Shown: positions 34,899 to 45,210, counted from the stretch's first letter. The stretch: DNA of 64,000 nt from Rhodothermales bacterium (GCA_965232485.1 OZ246975.1:2027246-2091245); one strand, 5' to 3'. Notes: generated by a model not told the origin, from the letters alone. Translations and numbers: made by a program.

Positions 34899-36605
34899 TT
34901 ACCGCTTCCTGTCGCGACGCGGAGCGCGGTTTCGCTTTTTGTTAGCGCCTTGCTGCTTCTCCTGTTTTTCCTCCTTCCGTACCTCCTGTGCTCCGTGCTC
35001 GGCGATATCGCTCGCAAGCATGGCCAAAATTTCGGGCTCTTCCCGGGCCAATTCCTGAACAAGCGGAACAAACTGTCGAGCGCGCTCCCGCTCCATATTC
35101 GTTCGTTTGCGGAAGCGATTCTCCAGCGCAGCCGTAATATCTTCCGGCTGTTTCGCCTTCGACCGCGCCGCCTGCGCCCTGCTCCCGGCGATATCGCTCA
35201 CGAGCATGGCCAGCATTTCGGGCTCTTCCCGGGCCAACTCCTGAACAAGCGGAACAAACTGTCGAGCGCGCTCCCGATCCGCATCCGTGCGCTTGCGAAA
35301 GCGGTTCTCCAGCGAGACCGTAAGGCGCTCCGCAACACGCGCGCTAACATCCTCTGGCGTAGGAAGAGGACGTTTTTCCACAGGCACGCCATAGCGCATG
35401 GCCGAGCGAATAAGGTCTGTTTCGTCCTCCACGGTGGCCAGCGCCACGGCGACGCCCATTTTCCCGGCGCGGGCGGTCCGTCCAGACCGGTGAATCAGGT
35501 ATTCCGGATCTTGCGGCACATCGTACATGAACACATGGCTTAGGTCCGATATGTCGATCCCGCGGGCCGCGACGTCCGTGGCGACCAGAAAGCGCGTCTC
35601 CCCGGAATGGGTTCGGGCAAGCGCCGCCTCCCGGGCCTTCTGCGACAAATCCCCGGAGATGGCGTCGGCGCTATAGCCATAATTCTGTAGAAATGTCGTC
35701 AAATACTCGACATCCTTTTTCCTGTTGACGAATATGATCGCCGATTCGGGGTTTTCGATCTCGAAGAGGCGCGCCAGCACGCGATCCTTTTCCATGGGAT
35801 CGGTTACATAATACCGGTACTCCATCGTCTCAATGCTTTCCTTGCCCGCGCTTAACGAAATAAACCGGGGTTCCGTAAGAAAATCGCGGCTGAGCGACCG
35901 GACTCTGGGGGGAATCGTGGCGCTGAACATCAATGTGCACCGCTCGGCTGGCAAATACCGTCTCAATGCCTGCATGTCCGGATAAAAACCCATGGAGAGC
36001 ATCTCGTCCGCTTCATCGAAAATGACATAGTCGAGATTCCGAAAATCGGCGTTGCCCCGGCTGAGATGATCAAGAATCCGACCGGGCGTACCGATCACGA
36101 CCTGGGCGCCATCCTGCAACCCCCGAACCTGCGGTCGATAATCGACGCCGCCGTACACCAGCACGGAATCCAGCGCGCGGGTCCCGGCGGTAGCCTGTTT
36201 CATGTGCGCGAACACCTCGTTGATCTGCTTGGCCAGCTCGCGGGTAGGCGCCATAACGAGGGCTTGCGTAACGCGCCGCGACGAGTCCAGGCGTTCGAAA
36301 AGCGGCAACAGAAACGCCCCGGTCTTGCCGGACCCGGTGCGAGACTGCACGATCAGGTCGGCGCCTTCGAGAATATGGGGAATAACTTGCTCCTGAACGG
36401 GCATGAGCGAATCCCATCCGGCGGCGCCCAACGCTGCGCGCATGGTTTCGGACAAGTCGTCCAGCCTGACGCCCGGAAGGTCTTCGACAGCGCCCTCCTG
36501 AATATCCTGAATCTGTTGCTCGTTATGCTGCTCGCGCTGCGCGCGACGGGTCAAGTCAATGACCTTGGCATAGGAAAAAGATGATTTGCCTTCTTGCTCA
36601 TTCAT
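34899..36605 (-). CDS. DEAD-box ATP-dependent RNA helicase with a duplicated C-terminal module
   Basis: Motifs: SRTGSGKTGAF, PTRELA, VIFDEADEM, FSAT, HRSGRTARAG. The C-terminus carries two near-identical ENRFRKRT..ERERARQFVPLVQELAREEPE.LAML modules. Confidence 0.9.
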   Translation of the reverse strand: MNEQEGKSSFSYAKVIDLTRRAQREQHNEQQIQDIQEGAVEDLPGVRLDDLSETMRAALGAAGWDSLMPVQEQVIPHILEGADLIVQSRTGSGKTGAFLLPLFERLDSSRRVTQALVMAPTRELAKQINEVFAHMKQATAGTRALDSVLVYGGVDYRPQVRGLQDGAQVVIGTPGRILDHLSRGNADFRNLDYVIFDEADEMLSMGFYPDMQALRRYLPAERCTLMFSATIPPRVRSLSRDFLTEPRFISLSAGKESIETMEYRYYVTDPMEKDRVLARLFEIENPESAIIFVNRKKDVEYLTTFLQNYGYSADAISGDLSQKAREAALARTHSGETRFLVATDVAARGIDISDLSHVFMYDVPQDPEYLIHRSGRTARAGKMGVAVALATVEDETDLIRSAMRYGVPVEKRPLPTPEDVSARVAERLTVSLENRFRKRTDADRERARQFVPLVQELAREEPEMLAMLVSDIAGSRAQAARSKAKQPEDITAALENRFRKRTNMERERARQFVPLVQELAREEPEILAMLASDIAEHGAQEVRKEEKQEKQQGANKKRNRAPRRDRKR

Positions 36606-36653
36606 AAAATCTCTTGTCTGGGGCGCGGGCCGAACGCAACAGGCCCGGCAGAG

Positions 36654-37403
36654 TCACATAGCAAGGCCTCCGTCCACCTGCAGCACATGTCCCGTGACGT
36701 ATCCTGCGGCGGGAGAAACCAGAAAATGCACGGCGTTCGCTACATCCTGCGGCGTGGCCGTGCGTTTCAGCGCCACCGTATCAAGCAATGCGTTGCGGGC
36801 GGCGTCGCTCAACCCGGCCGTCATATCCGTTTCCACATAGCCCGGGGCCACCACATTTACGGTGACCCCGCGACCGCCGAGCTCTCTGGCAAGGCTCTTC
36901 GAAAAACCTATAATGCCCGCCTTGGAAGCCGCATAGTTCGTTTGCCCCGGGTTGCCCACGACGCCGATCACCGACGACATATTCACGATTCTGCCGCCGC
37001 GCTGCTTCATCATGGGCCGGTACGCCATTTTGCAAAAATTGAACACGCTTTTCAGATTCGCGTCCATCACGGCGTCCCAGTCCTGCTCGCTCATCCGGAG
37101 CATCAGCCCGTCTCGCGTAATGCCGGCGTTATTGACCAGGATATCTACGGCCCCCCATGCTTCCAGTACGCCGCCCACCGCTTCTTCGGCAGACGAAATG
37201 TTCGCGACGTCTCCCTGAAAAACAAGACATTCCGAACCGGACTCCTCAACATGCCGACAAAGCGCCTGCGCCTCGTCCGTGGAGGATCGGTACGTAAAGG
37301 CCACGCGCGCGCCCGCCGCAGCCAGCGTTTCGACGACAGCCCGGCCAATGCCCCGGGAAGCGCCCGTAACAAGCGCCGTCTTTCCGTTCAGATCGAAAGC
37401 CAT
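36654..37403 (-). CDS. fabG: 3-oxoacyl-[ACP] reductase
   Basis: TGASRGIGRA and the YAASKAG SDR catalytic motif. Located downstream of fabD. Confidence 0.9.
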   Translation of the reverse strand: MAFDLNGKTALVTGASRGIGRAVVETLAAAGARVAFTYRSSTDEAQALCRHVEESGSECLVFQGDVANISSAEEAVGGVLEAWGAVDILVNNAGITRDGLMLRMSEQDWDAVMDANLKSVFNFCKMAYRPMMKQRGGRIVNMSSVIGVVGNPGQTNYAASKAGIIGFSKSLARELGGRGVTVNVVAPGYVETDMTAGLSDAARNALLDTVALKRTATPQDVANAVHFLVSPAAGYVTGHVLQVDGGLAM

Positions 37404-37463
37404 GATTCCGAAAAAGTCGATTGAATGAGATCAAGCAAGCCAACCGCGCCTGCAGGGTGATTG

Positions 37464-38423
37464 TCAGGCTCCGCGGGCAAGCATCGACGCCAGTTCATCC
37501 GCTTTGCCGGCGGCAAAAATCTGGACGTTGCGCCCCAGCGTTCGCCGCGTCAGGCCGCAAAGCACCTTGCCCGCGCCGACTTCAATATACCCGTCGGCGC
37601 CGTCCGCATGCATGTTCCGGAGCGACCGGGACCAATACACAGGCGACGTAAGCTGCGCCACGAGCGCCTTGCGTATCTCGTCGGGATCGCGCGCAGCGGA
37701 AGCCGTCACGTTAAGGTACACAGGAAAACGGGGAGGATGAATCGCACATCCCGAAAGCGCCCGTTCGAGACCGTCGCGGGCCTGCTCCATAAGCGGCGAG
37801 TGAAACGCACCATTTACAGGCAATGGAACCGCGCGACGGGCGCCCCGGGCGCGCGCCTCCTGCATGGCTCGTTCGACGGCCGATGCATCTCCAGATATGA
37901 CCACCTGTCCGGGAGCATTGAAATTCGCTGCCGCCACAACGTCGGAAGGCTCCGAAACATCCTCGCAGGCATGCGCCACATCGTCGTCTTCCATGCCAAG
38001 CACGGCGGCCATGGCGCCGGGGCGTTCGTCGTCCGCGGCGGCCATCAGTTCGCCGCGCCGCCGCACAAGCTGCAATCCGTCCTCAAAAGAAAAAGCGCCC
38101 GCCGCAACGAGGGCGCTGTATTCGCCGAGGCTGTGTCCCGCCGCCATGGCCGCGGACAACCCGGCGCGGCGCAAGACAGCCATGGCCGCCATGCTGTGCA
38201 AGTACAGGGCGGGCTGTGTCGCGTCGGTCCGTTTCAGCATATCGCCGCTTTCGTCCGACCTGCCAAACATGGCCTCCGATAGCGAAAAGCCCAGCAGCCG
38301 ATCCCCCTGGTCAATGATTTCGCGCGCTTCGGCAAAGCGTTCGTACAGGTCCTCGGCCATACCCGCGTATTGGCTCCCCTGGCCCGGAAAAAGAAAAGCC
38401 GCTTTATGGTTCGCTACGGGCAT
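37464..38423 (-). CDS. fabD: malonyl-CoA:ACP transacylase
   Basis: FLFPGQGSQYAGM and GHSLGEYSAL. Start taken at ATG 38423, directly after the fabH stop; the track ORF extends to 38513. Confidence 0.9.
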   Translation of the reverse strand: MPVANHKAAFLFPGQGSQYAGMAEDLYERFAEAREIIDQGDRLLGFSLSEAMFGRSDESGDMLKRTDATQPALYLHSMAAMAVLRRAGLSAAMAAGHSLGEYSALVAAGAFSFEDGLQLVRRRGELMAAADDERPGAMAAVLGMEDDDVAHACEDVSEPSDVVAAANFNAPGQVVISGDASAVERAMQEARARGARRAVPLPVNGAFHSPLMEQARDGLERALSGCAIHPPRFPVYLNVTASAARDPDEIRKALVAQLTSPVYWSRSLRNMHADGADGYIEVGAGKVLCGLTRRTLGRNVQIFAAGKADELASMLARGA

Positions 38424-38425
38424 GC

Positions 38426-39487
38426 CTACAGCGCCTCGACCACATACGCTTCCGTCTCCTTCGTCGCCGCCTTGCCGCCATCGTAGGCCCAGCGAAGATA
38501 ACAGGACCCCCACGTAAACCCGCCCCCGAACGCCACCAGCACCAGGACGTCTCCCCGGCGCAGATCACGCTCCCGATCTGCAAAACACAAGGGAATGGTG
38601 GCGGCGGTCGTATTGCCGTACCGGTCGATATTGACCATCACCTTGTCGCTGTCGAGGCCCATTTGACGCGCTGTCGTGTCAATAATGCGCTGGTTGGCCT
38701 GGTGCGGCACGAGGTAACGAATATCGTCTACCCCCAACTGGTGGCGGTTCATAATCTCCGTCGCGGCGCGGGCCATGCCATCCACAGCGTATTTGAACAC
38801 CGCACGCCCTTGCTGCTGCAAAAAATGCATTCCCTTCGCCACCGTTTCGTAGTTGGGAGGGCGCAGGCTTCCTCCGCCCGGCATGGAAAGCAACCCGGAG
38901 TGTTTCCCATCGACGCGCTGATAAAAATCGATAATGCCGCAATCCCCGGAGTCGGGCTCCAAAAGCACGGCGGCGGCCCCGTCCCCGAAAAGAACGCATG
39001 TGCTCCGGTCCTCGAAATTCGTAATGCCCGACATCTTGTCCGCTCCAATGACCAGCACCCTCCCGTGCCGCCCGCTTTCGATCATTTGCGCCCCGGTCGA
39101 AAGCGCAAAAAGAAACCCGCTGCACGCAGCGGAAAGATCAAACCCCCAGGCATTCGATGCGCCAATTTCATGCTGCACCAGACAAGCCGTCGCGGGAAAA
39201 AACATATCCGGCGTAATGGTGGCGACAATAATCGCATCGATTTCTTCCGGGTCCAGTCCCCGCTTCTCAATCAAATCTTGCGCCGCTTTCGACGCCATGT
39301 AGGCGGTAGCCTTGTCGGGGTCTCGAAGAATGCGGCGCTCCCGAATGCCGGTGCGCGTCCGTATCCATTCGTCGTCGGTGTCCACCATTTGCTCAAGATC
39401 CGCGTTCGTCAGCCGATCTTCGGGAAGAAAATGTCCAACCGCCGTAATAGCCGCATAGCTCATGACGCTGTTCGTCGCTGGTTGCAT
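38426..39487 (-). CDS. fabH: 3-oxoacyl-[ACP] synthase III
   Basis: [10 protein letters not shown] active-site Cys, [18 protein letters not shown]. An alternative start is at 39463 (MSYAAIT..). Confidence 0.9.
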   Translation of the reverse strand: MQPATNSVMSYAAITAVGHFLPEDRLTNADLEQMVDTDDEWIRTRTGIRERRILRDPDKATAYMASKAAQDLIEKRGLDPEEIDAIIVATITPDMFFPATACLVQHEIGASNAWGFDLSAACSGFLFALSTGAQMIESGRHGRVLVIGADKMSGITNFEDRSTCVLFGDGAAAVLLEPDSGDCGIIDFYQRVDGKHSGLLSMPGGGSLRPPNYETVAKGMHFLQQQGRAVFKYAVDGMARAATEIMNRHQLGVDDIRYLVPHQANQRIIDTTARQMGLDSDKVMVNIDRYGNTTAATIPLCFADRERDLRRGDVLVLVAFGGGFTWGSCYLRWAYDGGKAATKETEAYVVEAL

Positions 39488-39539
39488 GATCGGGAATGCG
39501 CCGTCGGCAAACCTCCTGCGTAGGCGATGGTTCGGAGCG

Positions 39540-40547
39540 TCATTTGCCGAAAGCCTTATTCATTGCCTCAAGCGCCCCATGCCGCGCCACATCGGCGGCC
39601 ACAAGAATCATGCGCTCGATGGCGCGAGACGAGGACCCGCCGTGGCCAATCATCACATTGCCATTCACCCCAAGCAATAGCGCGCCGCCGTACTCTTCGT
39701 AGCTGAACCGAAGGCGAACGGCGGAAAGCGCCTCCTGCACCACCTGCTTGTCCGCATCGGAAAACGCCCGCCGCGTCATTTCTTCCAATACCATCCGGGG
39801 TATCGCGGAAGCCACGCTCTCCCCAAACTTCAGAAGAATGTTGCCCACGAACCCGTCGCAAACCACGACGTCGGCCGCATGGTGCATAAGGTCCCGCCCC
39901 TCGATATTTCCGCAAAAACGAATGTCCGGAGAAGCCTGAAGGAGTTTGTAGGCCGCTTTTACCTGCTCGTTTCCCTTTCGGGCTTCTTCTCCGAGGTTCA
40001 CCAGCGCCACCTTCGGCTCGGGAAGCTGCATCACCGTGGAGGCGTAAATCGAACCCATCTTCGCAAACTGAAGCAAATGCTCCGGGCGACAATCCACATT
40101 GGTGCCCACATCGAGAAGGATGCAATGGCCCTTGGTGGTGGGAAAAAACGCGACGATCGAGGGACGCGCAACGCCCTGCAAAGCGCCCAGTACGAAAAGC
40201 GAGGCCGCCATGACGGCGCCCGTATTGCCCGCGCTGACGAATGCGTGCGCCTTGCCTTCCCGCATGGCGCCAAGTCCAATATGAATGGAAGAACCCGGCT
40301 TCGTTTTTACGGCGGCCGCCGGCGCCTCGTCCATGCCGATCGCATCGGGCGCATGCACGATGCGCAATGGCAATCGCTCGACAATGTCCTTTTTAGGGGC
40401 AATCTCGGCTTGCAGGGCGTCTTGCCGCCCTACAAGAAACACTTCAAGGTCGCCATCCGAAGCGTCCAGGGCATGGATGGCGCCCTCAACGACAACGGCG
40501 GGAGCCTTGTCGCCCCCCATAGCATCAACCGCTACCCGAATGGCCAT
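39540..40547 (-). CDS. plsX: phosphate acyltransferase
   Basis: [16 protein letters not shown]...[11 protein letters not shown] is the typical PlsX signature. Confidence 0.9.
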   Translation of the reverse strand: MAIRVAVDAMGGDKAPAVVVEGAIHALDASDGDLEVFLVGRQDALQAEIAPKKDIVERLPLRIVHAPDAIGMDEAPAAAVKTKPGSSIHIGLGAMREGKAHAFVSAGNTGAVMAASLFVLGALQGVARPSIVAFFPTTKGHCILLDVGTNVDCRPEHLLQFAKMGSIYASTVMQLPEPKVALVNLGEEARKGNEQVKAAYKLLQASPDIRFCGNIEGRDLMHHAADVVVCDGFVGNILLKFGESVASAIPRMVLEEMTRRAFSDADKQVVQEALSAVRLRFSYEEYGGALLLGVNGNVMIGHGGSSSRAIERMILVAADVARHGALEAMNKAFGK

Positions 40548-40595
40548 GTTGAAAGATATGAAGAAACGGCCGGCGAACCGGACGCAATGTATGAC

Positions 40596-40787
40596 CTAAA
40601 CGGCTTCCTTCGGCTCGATCACCTGACGGCCCCGGTAATAACCGCAACTGGGGCAGGCGTGATGCAAAAGCTTTGACGTACCGCAGTTGGGGCACTCGGT
40701 TATCTGGGGTTCCTCCAAACTGCCGTAATACCGAGCGCGGCGCTGCCGCGTACGAGCCTTGGAATGTTTTCTTTTGGGATTCGCCAT
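40596..40787 (-). CDS. rpmF: 50S ribosomal protein L32
   Basis: MANPKRKHSKARTRQRRA...CPNCG...HHACPSCG. Confidence 0.9.
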   Translation of the reverse strand: MANPKRKHSKARTRQRRARYYGSLEEPQITECPNCGTSKLLHHACPSCGYYRGRQVIEPKEAV

Positions 40788-40841
40788 AATTTTCTGTGTT
40801 CGCCGATAAGCGCATCGCTGGCGTACGCGCCTGCCTGGCCA

Positions 40842-41339
40842 TCAGTTCTTCTCTGACTTTAATGCGCCAAGCGCTTCCCAGCGTGGGTCTATGCTGTTTT
40901 CCGGCGTTCCTTGCGGGATACCGAATGTCTTCGGAATGTCTATGTCTTCTGCCCCGGGGGCAACGCGACGCGCCGGCACCGCAAGCAAAACAGTATCTCG
41001 CGTAACATCGGTAAGGTCCAGGACCCGATCGTTCGGGTCCAGTGTCCTGACCTCGTTGCAACGGTTTTTGCTTCCGCTTGCGAACCCGGCGCAAGAGAAC
41101 AGTACGCAGTACGCACCCTCGATCTGCTGATCGAAAGAACGCAGCGTACGGTCGCATTCCAGCGCGGCCTGCGCCCGAACCGTCAGCGAAACAAGAATCT
41201 GCCCCTCGGCCACATTCAGGCGCGCGGAGACATCTACATCCCGAAACACCGAAGGATCCAATCCCAGCGCCTCGGCCTCCGGCCTGAACGTTCGTTCATG
41301 CACGCCCGGCTTTAGCGCTTCGATACCAATCGCAAACAT
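40842..41339 (-). CDS. YceD/DUF177 family protein
   Basis: 165 aa, in the conserved position upstream of rpmF-plsX. Confidence 0.7.
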   Translation of the reverse strand: MFAIGIEALKPGVHERTFRPEAEALGLDPSVFRDVDVSARLNVAEGQILVSLTVRAQAALECDRTLRSFDQQIEGAYCVLFSCAGFASGSKNRCNEVRTLDPNDRVLDLTDVTRDTVLLAVPARRVAPGAEDIDIPKTFGIPQGTPENSIDPRWEALGALKSEKN

Positions 41340-41450
41340 GACAGCACGTCAAATCTGTTCCATCCAACGAAGATATGCACGATCGCGTTCCGAGGCAAAA
41401 ACGACACAGCGTATTTGGGCCAATGCCGTCCGCCGCGCCTGCGAAATTAA

Positions 41451-41547
41451 GGACGCCGTGATTAAGTCTGCAAAGATTCAGAGGCTGAAAGGCGCGCGCC
41501 GGCAAGGAATGACGAAGCAGTGCGGCAGGCCCCGCATAATGAGGAAT
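41451..41547 (-). repeat. ~100-bp conserved intergenic element, copy 2 (orientation B on the plus strand)
   Basis: ggacgccgtgattaagtctgcaaagattcagaggctgaaaggcgcgcgccggcaaggaatgacgaagcagtgcggcaggccccgcataatgaggaat, in the yceD-dnaA divergent intergenic region. Confidence 0.8.
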
Positions 41548-41699
41548 GACACAGCCGGCGCGCGGTCTTAATACGTTTCGGTTTGTCTTTTTCTCCCGGA
41601 ATCGTTACCATCCTGCCATGCGCCCGCGGGAATTGAACGAAGGCGCTGTCGAGTACCGCAGAAAGATTCCTCCAGGGATCGCGCCAGAAACGACTTGCC

Positions 41700-41925
41700 T
41701 GTGAACAAATTGTGGGCAACCGGAGTCGCCCTGTCGAAAATAGACTGCTCGTGCCGACAACTCCGAAGCAGCATGTGTGAAAAAATCTCGCATTCTTTGT
41801 TCAAATCCTTTATTTACAGAAAGGTAAGAGCAAAAAAGCAATGTGTATAACCTGTGAGCGCATCAACGGTAACGCAAGCAGGGGATGGACATACGCGCGG
41901 AGGAAAAAATTTCCGTTGTGAATAA
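41700..41925 (+). promoter_or_regulatory. cluster of same-orientation DnaA-box-like 9-mers plus an AT-rich stretch (candidate dnaA operator / oriC part)
   Basis: TGTGAACAA 41700-41708, TGTGGGCAA 41711-41719, TGTGTGAAA 41774-41782, TGTGTATAA 41842-41850, TGTGAATAA 41917-41925, compared with the consensus TGTGGATAA. An AT-rich run lies at about 41780-41850. Confidence 0.45.
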
Positions 41926-43186
41926 TAGGTGCATATCGGACAGCCTTCCGGCCCGGCGGCGGCCTGTTCGAGAAAATAAACAGCGAGAACGATCCATGAA
42001 ACCGCCTTCTGGAAACGTATCCATGCCGCCTCCGGGCCCCCCGGAGCAACCGCCGCCCCCGACCGGAGCAGCGTCTCCGTCTGGCCCGGCGACGCCGAAT
42101 GCTGCGTTCGCGCGGGAAAGCGCTTTCGAACCCGCGAGCACGGTCTTTATTGCGTCCGGGCTTCCGCTAAACGCCTCGTACACCTTCGATCGATTCATTG
42201 AAGGCGATTGCAACCAGTTCGCGCGCAGCGCCGCGCTGGCCATCGCCCAGCAGCCCCGCCATACGGCCTTCAACCCGTTGCTGATCTATGGCGGCGTCGG
42301 CCTGGGCAAAACGCACCTTGTGCAGGCCATCGGCAACCATGTCCGGCAGCACAGCAACTACAATGTCCTGTATACGTCGAGCGATCACTTTACGTCGGAC
42401 TATATGCAATCGCTCCGGACAAACCGGAATAACGAGTTCGTCGCCTTCTACAGCGACATAGACCTCCTGATCATCGACGACATCCAGTTCTTCAGCGACC
42501 AGCCGAAAACGCAGGAAGGCCTCTTCCACACCTTCAACCTGCTGCATCAGGCCGGAAAACAGATCGTTTTCTCGACAGACCGGGCGCCGCAGGAAATTTC
42601 TGGCGTGGCGGACCGGTTGCTTTCGCGGTTTCAGGGAGGACTCGTGGCCGACCTGCAACAACCCGAGCTGGAAACCCGTATCGCTATTCTTAACCGCAAG
42701 GCCAACGATCAGGGCATCGACATCCCGTATGAATTCATCGAATTCGTGGCGCGGCGCATCACGAAGAATGTGCGGGAACTGGAAAGCGCCCTCATACGAC
42801 TACTGGCGCACGCCACGCTGCACCGGCGCGAAATAGATATGCCGCTCATCCGGGAGGCGCTCGGCGAGCTGCCCGACGACACGCATGCAAAACCGACCGT
42901 GGAAGATATTCGCCGCACCGCCTGTGCATACTTCGGCGTCGCCGAAGACCTGGTGCTGGGCCGGGAACGCAAGCGGGAAATCGTGCAGGCGCGCCATGTG
43001 GGAATGTACTTCAGCAAAAAAATGACCGGGCATTCCCTCGCCACGATAGGCCGGTATTTCGGCGGCAAGGACCATTCGACCGTGATTCATGCCTGCCGGT
43101 GCGTCGAGAACCTGATGGAAACAGACCCGAACTTCCGGGAAACGCTCAAACGAATCCACAGGGAAATCGAGGCCGGTTACCGATAA
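41885..43186 (+). CDS. dnaA: chromosomal replication initiator DnaA (domains III-IV clear; no recognisable domain I)
   Basis: YGGVGLGKTHL, LLIIDDIQF, a box VII-like region and a C-terminal DNA-binding HTH (KDHSTVIHA). The N-terminal ~95 aa are a short basic segment plus a Pro-rich linker. An in-frame TAA lies 15 nt upstream of 41885. An alternative start is at 41996. Confidence 0.85.
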   Translation: MDIRAEEKISVVNNRCISDSLPARRRPVRENKQRERSMKPPSGNVSMPPPGPPEQPPPPTGAASPSGPATPNAAFARESAFEPASTVFIASGLPLNASYTFDRFIEGDCNQFARSAALAIAQQPRHTAFNPLLIYGGVGLGKTHLVQAIGNHVRQHSNYNVLYTSSDHFTSDYMQSLRTNRNNEFVAFYSDIDLLIIDDIQFFSDQPKTQEGLFHTFNLLHQAGKQIVFSTDRAPQEISGVADRLLSRFQGGLVADLQQPELETRIAILNRKANDQGIDIPYEFIEFVARRITKNVRELESALIRLLAHATLHRREIDMPLIREALGELPDDTHAKPTVEDIRRTACAYFGVAEDLVLGRERKREIVQARHVGMYFSKKMTGHSLATIGRYFGGKDHSTVIHACRCVENLMETDPNFRETLKRIHREIEAGYR

Positions 43187-43317
43187 GGATACGCTGAGGA
43201 TACTCTTTCCCCGCGGTATTGTTATCTTGGGAAACATGGGCTTTTTTGTTTCCCTAAGTTGTAGCGTCATCCGGCGCCGCACATGTGCCACCTGAGCGTA
43301 TCGATCATAATAACGCC

Positions 43318-44436
43318 ATGAAATTCACCGCTTCCAGCGCCGCTCTCCTCAAGGCGCTGACCACCGCCGGGGGAGCCGTCCCCACAAAAAGCACCCTTCC
43401 CATTCTGGAGTGCATCCTTTTCGAACAGGTTGACGAGACGCGCCTTCGTCTGAGCGCAACGGACCTGGAAGTCTCCATCGTACAGGAGGTTGACGTGCAA
43501 TTCGAAGACGAACAGGCCCGTCGCATCGCCGTGCCGGCGCGGCGCCTTCTGGACACGTTGCGCGCCTTGCCCGAAGTGCCGATCTCTTTCGAGGCAAACG
43601 ATGAATTTCACATTGAGCTCAAAACCGAGGCAGGCGAATACAAAATGTCCGGACACGACGGAGGAGACTACCCGTCCCTCCCCGACCTCGACCCGGAACA
43701 TCGCATAGATACGTCCGGCGATCTGATCCGCCGCGCGATCGACAAGACCAGTTTCGCGGTCAGCAAGGACGCGCTGCGACCCGCCATGATGGGCGTGTAC
43801 TTTCAGATTGGCCCGGCGCCGGGACGCGCCGTGGCGACGGACGGACACCGCCTTGTCCGCATGCAAATGGACGCCTTGCTCTCGGAAGAAGAAGTGAATT
43901 TCATCATTCCGGAAAAAGCGCTCTCGCTGGCCAACAAGATTCTCTCTGGAGAAAACTGCGCCATCCTGGTGGATGCAGGCTATGCGGCCTTCGTCGCAGG
44001 CGATACGCGCATCCTGGTGCGGCTTATCGCCGAGGCATACCCCAACTATGAAGCCGTTATCCCCCAGGACAACGACAAGCGGATTCTCGTGGAGCGGAAC
44101 GCGCTGCTCGCCGCCGTAAAACGCGTCAGCCTGTATTCGTCCAACCTGACGCCTCAAATCCGCCTGATGCTCCATCCGGATCACATCGATATCTCTGCGC
44201 AGGATATCGAGCGGTCAAGCGAAGCACACGAGACCGTCCCCTGTGAATACGACGGCGAGCCGATGTCCATCGGATTCAACGCCACCTATCTGAACGAAGT
44301 CCTCGGACACATCGACGACCATGAGATCGTTATCGCATTCAGTTCTCCGAATCGCGCCGGCGTGGTTACGCCGCATAATCAGCGAGACGGGGAACAGGCG
44401 CTGATGCTCATCATGCCGGTCATGCTGAACCATTGA
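43318..44436 (+). CDS. dnaN: DNA polymerase III beta sliding clamp
   Basis: MKFTASSAALLKAL...; 372 aa, immediately after dnaA. Start at the internal ATG, 43318. Confidence 0.9.
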   Translation: MKFTASSAALLKALTTAGGAVPTKSTLPILECILFEQVDETRLRLSATDLEVSIVQEVDVQFEDEQARRIAVPARRLLDTLRALPEVPISFEANDEFHIELKTEAGEYKMSGHDGGDYPSLPDLDPEHRIDTSGDLIRRAIDKTSFAVSKDALRPAMMGVYFQIGPAPGRAVATDGHRLVRMQMDALLSEEEVNFIIPEKALSLANKILSGENCAILVDAGYAAFVAGDTRILVRLIAEAYPNYEAVIPQDNDKRILVERNALLAAVKRVSLYSSNLTPQIRLMLHPDHIDISAQDIERSSEAHETVPCEYDGEPMSIGFNATYLNEVLGHIDDHEIVIAFSSPNRAGVVTPHNQRDGEQALMLIMPVMLNH

Positions 44437-44446
44437 CAGGCGCGCG

Positions 44447-45076
44447 CTACTCCAGATTCGTCAGCAATTCCTCGTCTTTGCGCAGCCGATTGACGGCCTT
44501 GTAAACGAAGGAACGAATGGTTGGAAGCGAGCGCTCCGTGCGCCGCGCAATTTCCGCGTACGACAATCCGCCCAGAAAACGCAGCCGCACGCACGAGCGC
44601 AGATGCGGCGGAAGCCGGTCGATGGCGCGAACCAGCGTCTGTTCCTGCGCGCCGTATTCGCGGTAGTTATTCGGCAATTCGGACACGGAAACCCCGGACT
44701 TGGCGTGGTCGAGAGAAACCTGCGGCTGCCTTGCGCGAAGGTAGTTACGGAACGTGTTTTTGCACACCACGCTGACCCAGCTTGCATAGCGAGAGGGTTC
44801 CCTGACCTGGGATTGCCGCATTTCCGTTTTGCGAAACGCTATATCAATGAGCACATCCAGATCGATAACGCTCCAGGACGACTCCTGAACGAATTTCACG
44901 AGAAAATATCTTCGGATGTAGCAGTACGTCCACAATTGAACTACCCGGCGCTCCTCGAGGTCGCGCGTGGCGCGCCAGCGTATGTAGGCTGCGTTTACAG
45001 CGGGTGCGTCGTCAAGACGAAAAGGCAGGGCTGCTGCCAGTTCGTCCAGCGAGTCAAAGGATGAGTACGACATCAA
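44447..45076 (-). CDS. sigma-70 family (ECF-type) RNA polymerase sigma factor
   Basis: Region 2 (…YIRRYFLVKF…) and region 4 HTH (LSYAEIARRTERSLPTIRSFVYKAVNRLR). Confidence 0.8.
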   Translation of the reverse strand: MMSYSSFDSLDELAAALPFRLDDAPAVNAAYIRWRATRDLEERRVVQLWTYCYIRRYFLVKFVQESSWSVIDLDVLIDIAFRKTEMRQSQVREPSRYASWVSVVCKNTFRNYLRARQPQVSLDHAKSGVSVSELPNNYREYGAQEQTLVRAIDRLPPHLRSCVRLRFLGGLSYAEIARRTERSLPTIRSFVYKAVNRLRKDEELLTNLE

Positions 45077-45210
45077 TTACCTTTTGGATAGCGTGAAACA
45101 GGACAAAGGGTGGAAAACCGAACAGATGACCCATTCAAAGCGAATACTGGCCAGCCTCGGGCGCTACAGGCCGCGACACAAAAAGATCGCGGGCGCCTGC
45201 AACGAAAAAC

